DNA from: Veleropilina oligotropha
Lineage: Eukaryota
Length of the DNA: 64,000 nt
Assembly: GCA_048128005.1 (NCBI GenBank)
Contig: JBEUKZ010000135.1
Span: forward strand, 186,001 to 250,000
Reading direction: 5' to 3'
Part shown: piece by piece, positions 46,891 through 57,929 of the stretch
Numbering within the stretch: position 1 is the first letter of the stretch
Layout: every line of letters begins with the position of its first letter
Made by a program: the position numbers and the translations under genes
The notes under the pieces: generated by a model
The model's input: the letters and a program-made list of their open reading frames with translations, nothing else
Told to the model about the DNA's origin: nothing
Database searches by the model: none

Positions 46891-49800
46891 TTATTCATCA
46901 ATATCCGTGTCGCTGTCCATATGATAGGCCACATCGAACACAGAGTGTGGAACAATTCCAGCATCATCATCTTCATCGTCTGACTCCGCAGCTGCATCGG
47001 GTACTACGGAGTCCGGCATTTGTGGACCATTAAACCATATGTACTCGTATTTGTTGTTTTCGTTCAGATCCCATCCTGAGCGGGGGCGCAGTTGAAGCTG
47101 CTTGGTAACGGCGCTATGCCACATACTCGCCACAAATTGTGACCTGTAAATCTTCTGGAGAACTTCAGATTCACACGGTGGGATGCTCGTAGCGTCCACC
47201 CCTTTCATTTGATGCAGTGGCTTGTCAGCATCTTTCGGACCAAACGCTTTTTCGAAAACACGGTAACGCCATTTGTTTAGAGTCATTTTCTGCTTCTTCT
47301 TTATCTTTGCCCCATACAGCTCTGCAGTGAAGTCCATTAGCGCCTCAATGGTCGCCTCACAGGGCGCTTCGACTGAGAGTGCAGTGAAAGCCTTCAGGTA
47401 ACGGTCTTCTCGGATCATGATTTTGTAGGGTTTCTTCTTACCCTTGCGTGAAAATGCTGCTGTGTAATCTGACCCCGTATAGGCGTGAAAGCCAGGTAAG
47501 GCTGCACAGACTTCTGGACCTATTACATCAGCTATACGCTTGACATTGATATATCGTCGGTGCTGTCCGGTCCCAACCTCCATCCATAAATTGGATTCCA
47601 AACTATGACAGTGGTGAAGGAGAATAATTAGAATGTCTGTGTCACCTGCCCTTGTCACGATGTGGTTTTTGATATTCTCGTCACCGTATGCCATCCAAGT
47701 TTCGTGGACCTCGCGATCTGCATGATGCACACCAAGCTCCACTATGGTGTCGGCTTCTCGATGATTGTTGAAGAGCTCAAGTATGGGTTCCTTCGTAACC
47801 ACACCATCCGCATTAGAGTACTTCATGCACACACCGTTGGCAAATAGATAAACCTCCCGGCCAGCTAGTATGGGCGCTTGGTGCTGCTCAGACCAGTCCT
47901 TTACAAGGAATTTGGGAAGTTCTCTCTTGAAAGATTCGTTCTTGAGACATTTCTCTAGGTCTTTTATCGGACGTATTTGTTCCGGTCCTGTAATGGTAAA
48001 AGTCACTCCACCGTCGTTGATTTGCTCTCTGCGTTCTTGTTCGGCCTGTTTGATCCATGGTGTTTCATAAGTATCAAATGCCAGATATATCCGTTTGGAT
48101 GGTTGTGCAAGCGCGGCATGAAGAATTGCACGTGACAGGGCTTGATAACTGGCAGAAATATTGGGTTGCAAACAATGCAGCAAGAAGTTACCGTCGATGA
48201 CATGGACGTTAATATTGCTTGGCAATCCATGATCTTTTACCATTCCCTCCAGCGTATTCATGAGGCTACTTTTATCCGTGTGACACATGGTCCCATCCAT
48301 ACGACACATTGTGAGTGGTACAGGTGTCAACGGGAACGTGAGGAGGTACTCCAAGTCAACCTTTTTGTTTGCAGCAACCACTGCGATACGTCCAAACATA
48401 TCTCGGGTACATCTCAGTTCACTTATTACAGGATGTTTGGAGCATTTGTTCTTTACACCTTGTGCCTTAGAGAAAGTCGTCAACGGGTTCCTTTTGATGG
48501 GGCGACTGAATCGTTCTGGGTCTTCCAAGCACTCCTTAACAAAGCTGTCATGCTTGGCGGCACCATCTCGGGTGACATTCAGTAAGGATGTAGATATGGC
48601 AGTGTCAGCCACTTTCCCCGTTTGAATGTTTATTAGTTTGTCCGTTTCCACCGCGAAAGGATTCGCACAAGCTTGTATCATGTCAATTACTTTGTGCAAG
48701 TCTTTTTTATCACGAGCTATCCGCGCACTTGTCAACTCGGCTTGAACATCATCGGCTCTCTGCATACCAGCCATGTCGAAAAGTGAGCTGACCAGTGCAG
48801 CTCGACTGCCTTTTGTAACTGTCCACTTCAGTCTTGCACTGTAATTGTTAGTGAAAGCTGAAATTCCCGTCATGCGCGACGCTGCATCTGCATTCACGGT
48901 TTGCTCGAGCGTTAGGTCCACGGGTAGGCGACTGAAATGATTGTCTGTTCGCCTGATGCTGAAGAGGCCAGACTCTAGCATCTCCTTCAGGCCAGGGTGT
49001 GTGCTCTCTATATTTATCAAGTCTAGTTGATACTTGCTCATCCAACGAGCATAATTGTGACGGTTTGTTCCAAAAAATAAATCTGTCACAGGCGTCAGAA
49101 TTAAAATGAACAAATCTACGTTGTTTTCTCGCACCGCTCTCTCAACTATGTGATATATTTGCATATACTCGACATACTGAATCCAAAATTGAGCGGTTTC
49201 ACCTAGTTCACCTTTCGCAGTGCGTTTGACGAATGCGTCATAATCTCGAAAGAGGCGATCAAACAGGTTCGTGTCCAGTAAGTCTTTTATCGAGCGAGAG
49301 TCATCCAAGGCAGATGATCGTAAGATCGCGTTTACGCCGTCAGCATCTTCATATTCTGTGAAAAACTTACGAAAATGCAATGACTGGAACGCCAGTGCCA
49401 ACATAGGATGTAGTCTTTTACATCTACTGAAGTTGCCACATTCAATGAATCCGTTCATGGAACCGGATGCGAGGACCCCAGCTTCTACCAGCATTTCCGG
49501 ACCTCCGGAATCTGCGATAACTTTCCCCATGGCGCGGAACAAACACAGAAGAATGTGAAATACACCAAAAAGTATGAATACATCATCGTATTCCGGTCGA
49601 TCAGTTGACTGGATTTTCAGTGCCCGCTGTGCGACATCCATGTCATAGGTAACTAAACCGTATTGTTGTCTGCCTTCTTCTGCGCACCTCTTCGTTATGC
49701 GCAGAGTTTCTGCTACGATATCATCATTGGTAGGTGACCTGTCCAAATTTGGCATGTAAAGAACCACTTGTTTGGGCAAATGATCGGTGTAAAACCGAGA

Positions 49801-51647
49801 ATTGAATCCTACCCACATGGGAATGTTTTCTTCTTTGAGCGCATACGCGGCCATCCACAGAACATCCAACTTCCTAGATCTTGTTGAAGTATCGCGCAAC
49901 ATTCTAAACTGACTATTACCATACGTAAATTCGTTCATACGTGGCTTTTTGCGATATGGAGTGATGGATGGGTTTTCAATGACTAACTTTCGTCTTCCTT
50001 TTTTTCTGGGCATGTCCTGTACTGTCGCTGAAGCAGAAGGCATCGACTGTTCGACGACTGATTCTTCGTCACTGTCCGGCTCACCATAATATATCCCCAT
50101 TGTGTCGTGCAGTGTCTCTTTCCCTGAAAGCGTCTGTGTTAGCTCATCGTAGTTGTCGTAAGCATTAGCACCTGGTTTCTTCCGCGATGCGCCTATGGGA
50201 CGACTCATGTCTCTGTCTATTATGGAATATGCTAATTCAGTTTCAAGCTCCTCTACTGCATGGTAATTTATACAGTGTCCAAACCGATTCAACATTGTGA
50301 GTATTTTTCTACTGCCGGACAGCGATTTCATGCCCATCCCAGTCAAAATGTGTTTGGAAGTCTTGATGGCACCATTTGTCACACAAAACAGTGCATCTCT
50401 GCTGGTGGCTAAAGCGCGCCGTTTCACGGATTCTGAGTGACACGCCACTTTGGCTCCGCCATAGAGTATTCGAAAAAAATGTTCAACTTCATCAGGAGGT
50501 TCTCCTTCACCAGCCATAAGTGACTCTATAGTCAGTGGGTCACTGAGTTCTTGCTTGGTCACTCCTTTCAATGCCTTCCGAAGAAGAAGTGCAGCATTCA
50601 TAATCTGACCTTCCTGTGATGTTTTGAAGTCGTAGACGACTTTGATGGACTCATAATCCATTTGGGAACTGTGTGCATACACGCCTAATTTCTTGCTCTT
50701 AGACGTCAATATTAAAACTGTTGGAAAGCGCTTCTTCAACAATTGTCCAAAGTATTGCACACTGCTAGTTGCGGGTTGCGATTCCAGGTCTTCACAAATT
50801 GCAAAATATCGGTCCAAAATGGATTTTAGCAGTTCTGGTCGGCATTGAGAAATGACATATTTGTTGACATAGTGACAGATCTCATCAAATGCACCAGTCT
50901 TGTTCTGATTTTGAGATTCTTCCTGGATGGCAGACAATCTATTCTGCGTTCGTTCTGCTAATTTGTTCTTCTCTGAACGACAACTATGATGCACTTTTGC
51001 CTCTTTGGATATTAGATCAACTGTAGCGATTTTTATCTGAACGTCAGCTAACTTCAAAATATGTACTGCTTCCCTTATTCTCTGTTCAGCTTGCTTCGTT
51101 TCTATATTGCCTGGATATTCTTTCGTACCATCCGAACGCTTCTTGACCAATTTGCTACAATATATGCATTCATTTGAGAAAATACCCGAAGTGTTTGCTT
51201 GCGATGTGGACGGCGGAGTAATGCTACGCAACTGCTTTCGGGAGGCATCTGAATGAGCGGAAGGACTTGCTGAAACGATGGAATCGACAGCAGCAGGTTT
51301 TTGAATCGGAGCAGGAATAGCGGTAACATTCTTATAACACTTACTGTGGTATCCTTGGTTTGGTGAGGGTTGATTCTTTGGTAACGACTCTATTATTATC
51401 CGGTACTTCGATGATGCATAGTTCTTCAGTAGTTTGCGCTTTTCTCTTGCGGCAAGAATATTTCTCCATTTATCCTCAGTACACGGCTTTAGATTTTTCT
51501 TCTCTGATTCACACACGTGTATTATACAATCGGTAACAGTTGTGATGTCTGCTGTGTTGATAGCCTCAAAAATATCTGGTCCTGTCTCTGCTTCAGTGTT
51601 CCGGCCGCCTGCGTCATCGCGAACTTCATGCTGCTCACTGGTCGTTT
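46891..51647 (-). CDS. Academ transposase main exon (DDE-like core + XPG/FEN1-like nuclease)
   Basis: Uninterrupted frame within ORF 46891-51729. Motifs: AYDNYD..LSGKETLHDT, VTYDMDV, FGVFH, DLTLEQTVN; VIDG, AFDTY, HREADT, DTDILIILLH, FHAYTGSDYTAAFSRKGKKK. Pyrimidine tract + CAG acceptor at 51650-51648. Confidence 0.88.
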
Positions 51648-51729
51648 CTGAAACAAGAAACACAGTATAAGACGCGAGTGAGTGAATCGGTTGAGTTTTA
51701 CGACCATATTTTGACAATTTTTTAGTCAT

Positions 51730-51909
51730 ATCTGTAGTCGGAACCTCGGTTTAACGTCTCCCTTCGAAGGACGGGTAACGAGTTTTTAAGTCATCCCTTC
51801 TGTTAGTTTTAAGCGATAGAATAAGCGACGCCAGGGCGGGATTCGAACCCACACCCTACCGTCCCACTTAACGTTTTTCCGACGCTCTACCAGTTGGGCT
51901 ATCGAGGAC
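51730..51909 (-). mobile_element. tRNA-derived SINE fragment with Deu/Nin-like motif, inside the predicted Academ intron
   Basis: A box TAGCCCAACTGGTAGAGC and B box GGTTCGAATCC, followed by GTCCTTCGAAGGGAGACGTTAAACCGAGG, which resembles the Deu/Nin SINE core as recalled. No TSD found. Confidence 0.7.
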
Positions 51910-52083
51910 AGTAGCATAAGACACGGACAGATGTTCGAGGCATGAACATCTTAATGCAATTTAATTTTTTTCGTGCACAGATATCGTGAAAGTGCACGGA
52001 TTTTCTACCAACAATCAACATCTCATCGACTTACAGAATTGAATTACCGTATCTAATTGAGATTAAAAAACGCGCTATATTAC

Positions 52084-52138
52084 CTTCTGTAGTTCTGCTG
52101 TGGCGTTCTGTCACGTCCATCGCTTCATCCCCATCCAT
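52084..52138 (-). CDS. Predicted first coding exon of the Academ transposase (MDGDEAMDVTERHSRTTE)
   Basis: ATG at 52138, 55 nt, donor AAG|GTAAT. The phase-1 junction G|AA rebuilds the Glu codon in frame with the main exon. Confidence 0.65.
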
Positions 52139-53354
52139 AACTCGCGGATTTCAGTAATATCCCAACAGAGAGTACCTGGAATCACAAACCCCAACAACGT
52201 CAAATATGTATGGTACTAAATAGGAATATTTCCTAATGTATCTCTGAAAATATATCCACTTGCGGTGTGGTCGCATAAATTCAAAAGAACAGACCAAGCC
52301 AAAAACATACCAAGACATAAGTACGAGTGGGATCATGGCGGCGATCATCGTCTGAGCGAGAGAGCTAGTATCTAGTATAGAGCTAACTGGGTTGGATATC
52401 CCGTTAATATCATTCAATAGGAGTTGGGCTACCCTAAAGCAATAATCATATTTACCTGTCGAATATTATGCACTTTGGGTAATGCGAGGCAGTATTTCTT
52501 CATCAATTGCCTGGAACAAGTTTATCTCATATCCCATAGCTGAAAAGTGCTGCCATATTTGATTTTGAGCTCGACTGTATGCGTTATACCAATTGGAATT
52601 TCTTTGTTTACGTTTTAGCAATCAGCTGTTTTTTGTACATTATCGTAATAAGTAGTAACGCCGATATACTGCGGAAGAGGCACTACACGCAATATTTGAA
52701 GACAGTAGCGAGTCTGAAAATGATGTATGCGATGTTTAGCATAGGCCTACTTGTTATGACTACCTGTTTACTCGCTCAGCTGACTTGATGACGTAGTCTG
52801 ACCCAGTTTTGTCAACTAGTAATTATATAGTAGTGAGTTTCTTGTGTTTATGAAGGCACACAGATCCTTGCATACATAATTGTATATAAATACATAAATA
52901 TGCTGGTAATAATAATAAAAATAGAAATAAAGTGATATTATTTTATTTCTTTATTTATTGTCATTATGGACGAAAGTGGTGTGTTTTGTATTTTGAGTAT
53001 AACTATTGAAATATTGTGTGTATAAAGTCAATTTTTTGCATAGTTTTCAAGTTATGGTTATATTTGATGAATATTAGTAGATGTTGACCATTACATATTA
53101 TTAAAAATCAATGTAAGAAAATTTTTTTTTTTTTTTTTTTTTTTTGGTACTTTACATTAGTAGCCTACCCTGTTTAATCAGTCATCATATTCACTTCTGT
53201 TGCATTGTCATTGAATAAAGCATTCAATTATCTTTCATTTCATATATATTTATCATCGGTTTAAACCAGTAATAGCTGTATAATGAAGCCATAAACAAAT
53301 GGTATACTTGGAATTTCACATTTTCCGAAATCTAATTCAGCTACTACCAAAGGG

Positions 53355-54103
53355 TTAATTAAAGTTGAGTTGTGAGCCTTTTTGGTCTCTTTCGAACCCT
53401 TCTTAGGCAAATACGCCCTACCTAAAGAATTCTTACGTTATGGTTTCCTTTTCAATACCTATCAAAGAGTACACCTAAACTTATTGTTTTCTCGGGCGAT
53501 AAAGATTAATTAAAACCTCCATATGACCCCTTTTAGGCCCTTCTTATGGGCAGTTGCCCCAATGTGGGATTTCTTACAAGGCAGTTTTGCGATCCTAGTT
53601 AGTTGTAGATTTCATAAAGTGAAGATTATTTTCGGGCGCTACTGTTTAATTAAAAAGGGTATTTTAAGATCAGTCGTTTTGGGGCCCTTCTTAAGTGAAG
53701 ATGCTCAAAGTAAACATTTCTTACGGTACGATGTCGATTTCTATGTCTCTCAAGGAGATAATCTCCACCAAATTTTTTTTCGGGCGCCAAAGTTTAATTA
53801 AATCCATGGCATGTCACATTTAAGGCCCTTCTTACGGACAGGTGCCCCAATGTATAATTTCTTACGATTCAGTTTCGAAGTCTCAACTATTTGTATACAT
53901 CGTAAAACGAAAATTAGCTTTGGGCGCGACTGTTTAATTAAAAGTATTTTCGGGTCTTTTTAAGGGACTGCGGTTCCCTAATGCCCCAGTTCCGAAACTT
54001 AAGAATCACCTTTCGATAGTTGTGGATGACACATCTCTAAGATGAGCCCATCAAACCTTTCGGGCGCGACATTTTAATTAAGCGATTGCCAGCTCTCAGT
54101 CTA
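53355..54103. repeat. Right terminal inverted repeat of Academ
   Basis: Ends ...GATTGCCAGCTCTCAGTCTA, the reverse complement of the start at 45621. Confidence 0.9.
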
Positions 54104-56804
54104 ATAGAGCTTGCTCTTAATTTTATCTCTACAAGTACTAAACGGCGTTTTATTATCTTTTCAGACTCCCTCTCTAGCTTACAAGCACAGAGGGAGATGA
54201 ATAGAAATGTTATTGTTCAGGAAATTTTATTGAACTATAACAACCTTTTACCTGATAATGACATTATTTATTGCTGGATACCGAGCCATATCGGTATCCA
54301 AGGCAATGAGAAGGCTGACCAAGCTGCCAAGGCAGCCTCATATTTTAACAATATCTAAATTGTAGATTACCACACTCAGATTTTAAACAAAGCATAAACA
54401 AATATATAAATTCTACTTGGCAGCACTCTTGGAGTGAATGCACAAGGAATAAATTGCAGAACAACTCGGCGAGAGGAGGTCGTCTTGGCCAGACTGAGGA
54501 TTGGACATTCTCACTACACTCACTGCGCCCTTATGCAATAGGCTACCATTAGGTATCCCAACTAAAAATTACAAACTAGAATTAATCTTGTTTGACATAT
54601 CTCAAGTGAATGAAGTGTAAAAATGAAGTAAATAGCTTTTTATTTCAAGCAAATCGGACAATCGGTTTTCATTTTATGGCATTTTTTAAACCATCGGTTT
54701 CCGGTTTCGAAAAATTTCTGAACAAGTCTCTAGCTTTGAAGAGAGATTTTCAAGATGAGCTAAAAAGATTATTAGAAGAGACAATGGTCTGAAAGTGTGC
54801 ATACTTGCTGTACAAGTTATATTACCAAGTAATAAAGGAATAATTGGCTATATATTGGGCACAAAAAAGTTATAGAACTATGAATGAAGCATGATGGAAT
54901 CATTTGACAAGAAAATATGTCATCGCGAATTCTTGCCAAAATGGTCAAGGAGACATTTTCCAAGACACATAATTTAAAAGTTATTGACTCCACAATGCTG
55001 AAATTGCTTGTACTATGGTTAACAGTACTTCGTTATTATATCCATTATCAAAATATCAAAATATCCATTGGCCCGAAAGACAAAATCTGGACATTTTAGT
55101 CAAAATTGCAAACATTTTGAACATTCATAAATAAAGAACCAGAAGAGATAAAGCCTTCAAATTTGGAATACTCTTTAATAAAGATAGGATCAATATCAAG
55201 CTATATTTGTGATATCATATCTATAATATTATGTGCAAATATATAACATTAAATATGATGCAAAATGACAAATGTCTTTCATCGTTATGTTCATTACACA
55301 ATTTAGTTTACATATAGTAGCAATAAATGAGACAAAAACAATTTATTTAGGTAAAGCATACATCCAGAACAGAAATATATAATAGAAAGAAATGATTGCT
55401 ATTTATACATTTTACATAATAATAATCATAATCCACCATCTGATGAATTCAATATCCATTCATGTTCATGTGAAGCCAACAGCGACAGCAATTAACAGAT
55501 ACAATGTATCATTCCCATTTGAGAAGTTATCACAAATGATTTGTACAAATTAATAAATATTAAAATATGAATCATGTCACAGGATGTGACCAAAGTTAAT
55601 ATAATTTATAAACCAATTTACAGGTCTACACAATCCAATTCTGAAAAGTACATGTTTTTGTAATCCTAAAATATGCTGTTAATATAGTCAACCTCGGGCA
55701 CATTCCATGTCCTTCCATTACTTGTATTAACATCAAAGTTATGAACTACAACAAATTTACTTTCAACTGTTGAAACATCATCAACACGTGGCCACTTAAA
55801 TGTGTTTTTGGCACTCTTTGACATAAACTGAAGAACAGCATTAATTTATCACAATCTATGACATCAATAACAGTTCCTATGAACAATTCAGAAAGGTTCA
55901 TTAATTATAATCCTTTTATTGGCAGCATCAAGATCGTCACTGGCTATACGCTTACCATTTTCTGCCCTCTGGTCGTGAATCCTATCAATTATTTTTACGG
56001 CAGTGGACAGAGTTAAGATGTCCTTTAATGCTTTACAGAGCTCACTAGCACATTTGTTACCAAATATCAACTGTTTGTCTTTAACACCCAAGATGGTCTT
56101 TAAATATCTCATTTCGTTTTTCAAAGCCTATCTCATCTTTGCGTCAGACTCGCAAAGTTTCATCACCAAATCCACATCAATGCCAGTTATGCATGGCCCT
56201 CTTTGCCATTGAACAGTGTCAATTAAATGGACCTTATGTTCAGTCTTTTTGGATTCCTTTTCTTTCATTTGCGATTGCACTCGTCAAGTTTTTCTTTCAT
56301 CAAGTTCACTACCTTTTTCTCATATTCAACATATTTTTGTCTCGCCCCGAAGGGAAAGCGAGACTTAGGGATTACATTTTCCGGCGTCGGCGTCGTGTCA
56401 TTTTCGGTTAAAGTTTTTTCGGTTAAAGTTTTTCATTGAATGGAATTTTCTGATACATGGATATATATATTTAAAGGGCGAGACATATCGGACCGTGGTT
56501 CTTGTTGTCTGTATTCAACACTCTTTTTCCTACACAGTGATAAGACGAAAGACGAAAGAAGTAACTTGAATCGCTCTGCAAAAAACTCGAGAAAACAGCT
56601 AAGTATTAATGTGAATAGGGGTATCACTTTGTGTAACTAGTCTACACCGTTTGACTATATATTGATTGTTTGATTGGTACAGTTTTGGGTCCGTTGTTGT
56701 TAATACATCTGTATAATTGATATTTTTTCTGTTGATAGGTAGGAAACTTGGAGAGCCGCCATCTTGAAATTTTGTAAACAACTCTACTTATAACTTTATA
56801 TCAA

Positions 56805-57929
56805 TTGTTTAGAATGGATAGCCAAATAGTTGCATGCAAGCTGAGTGATTTGGTGGGCAAATGGATATTTTGCGATAAGTGTCAGATGTGGATCGCGTAT
56901 GATAGCGCCTGTACGAGTGAATTGTTCGAGTCTGGGTTATGTATGGACGTGTTTGATTTTGTGTGTGAGAAGTGTCAAATGCTAATGGTGGTCATTAAGA
57001 TTTTGGAGGATTTTGTGCCGAGGGACAGTTGCGACGTGGCAATACAATCAGAGGCGATCACCGTGACGCACGAGGGGGCGCAAACCGAGGCCATCACCGG
57101 GAATGACGAGGAAGCGCAAACAGATACCACCACCGTGACGGACGAGGAATGCCAGACGAACCCGGAGCCCTTGTGGAGAGTGGTGAAAAATGGGAGGACT
57201 CCGAGAAAGCTGCCGAAAATACCGGTAACGACGATAAAGACAGGTAACAGGTTTGAGTGTCTGGAGTCTGTTGGATGTGGGTTAATTGAAGGTGTACATG
57301 AGTTGCCCGAAAGTGACAAAAATGAAAACAGTGCTAAATGTGAAAGTGAAACGAATGTTACGAATGAGGCTGACATGAATGGAGTAGGGGATGGGTGGGA
57401 AATTTTAGATGAGTACCTGGCTTCGGATAATACAGTACTGATAGGGTCTTCTATAGTTAGGCATACCGATAAGACTTTTTGTGATGTTGACAGGAAAAGA
57501 CGGACAAGGGTTTGTTTACCGGGAGCCAGAATCGAGGACGTGACTTTGAGGGCGGAAAACTTGACAGCAGGAGAGGGGACAGTAGTAGTCATCATTGGCA
57601 CCAACAATGCAGAAACCGACAGCCTGGAGGAAATGAAGGGGAAGTACAGGGAATTATTTCCAAAGTTGAGTGACCGAGGTAAGAGGGAGGTTATTGTAGG
57701 TGGGCTGTTGCCACGGAAGGGATCCAGCAGAGTGTTGGAAAAGATGCGACAGGTAAACAACTGGTTACGTGAGTATTGTCTTTTAGAGGGGTTTGGATAT
57801 TTTGATGTGTGGGATAAATTTGAGGGTAGGCGAGAGTGGTTTTTCCGGGATGGTCTGCACCCTTCACTGGAGGGTGCAGATGTGTTGGCTAGGGCCATTA
57901 ATCGAGCAATTACGGAGCATTTAAACTAA
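56805..57929 (+). CDS. CR1 ORF1 (PHD-like + SGNH esterase-like)
   Basis: Identical translation to 33803-34927. Confidence 0.88.
   Translation: MFRMDSQIVACKLSDLVGKWIFCDKCQMWIAYDSACTSELFESGLCMDVFDFVCEKCQMLMVVIKILEDFVPRDSCDVAIQSEAITVTHEGAQTEAITGNDEEAQTDTTTVTDEECQTNPEPLWRVVKNGRTPRKLPKIPVTTIKTGNRFECLESVGCGLIEGVHELPESDKNENSAKCESETNVTNEADMNGVGDGWEILDEYLASDNTVLIGSSIVRHTDKTFCDVDRKRRTRVCLPGARIEDVTLRAENLTAGEGTVVVIIGTNNAETDSLEEMKGKYRELFPKLSDRGKREVIVGGLLPRKGSSRVLEKMRQVNNWLREYCLLEGFGYFDVWDKFEGRREWFFRDGLHPSLEGADVLARAINRAITEHLN

Larger units (their letters stand above)
45621..54103 (-). mobile_element. Academ (AcademX-type) DNA transposon
   Basis: TAG...CTA termini, 3-bp TSD ATA (45618-45620, 54104-54106; empty site AAAGCAATAGAGC in copies A and B), ~750-bp imperfect TIRs, and a large transposase with an XPG/FEN1-like domain. 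Confidence 0.9.
41295..54526 (+). pseudogene. Decayed I/Nimb family-1 ORF2 of the tandem unit, copy C, split by two insertions (43500-45054 and 45621-54103)
   Basis: Unit-type sequence at 41295-43533, 45055-45620 and 54104-54526, plus a 41-bp deletion near 54461. Confidence 0.88.

Noticed and set aside
51825..51909. Possible tRNA gene
   Set aside because: A and B boxes are present, but no proper anticodon arm or acceptor stem forms and a SINE-like body follows; called a SINE instead.
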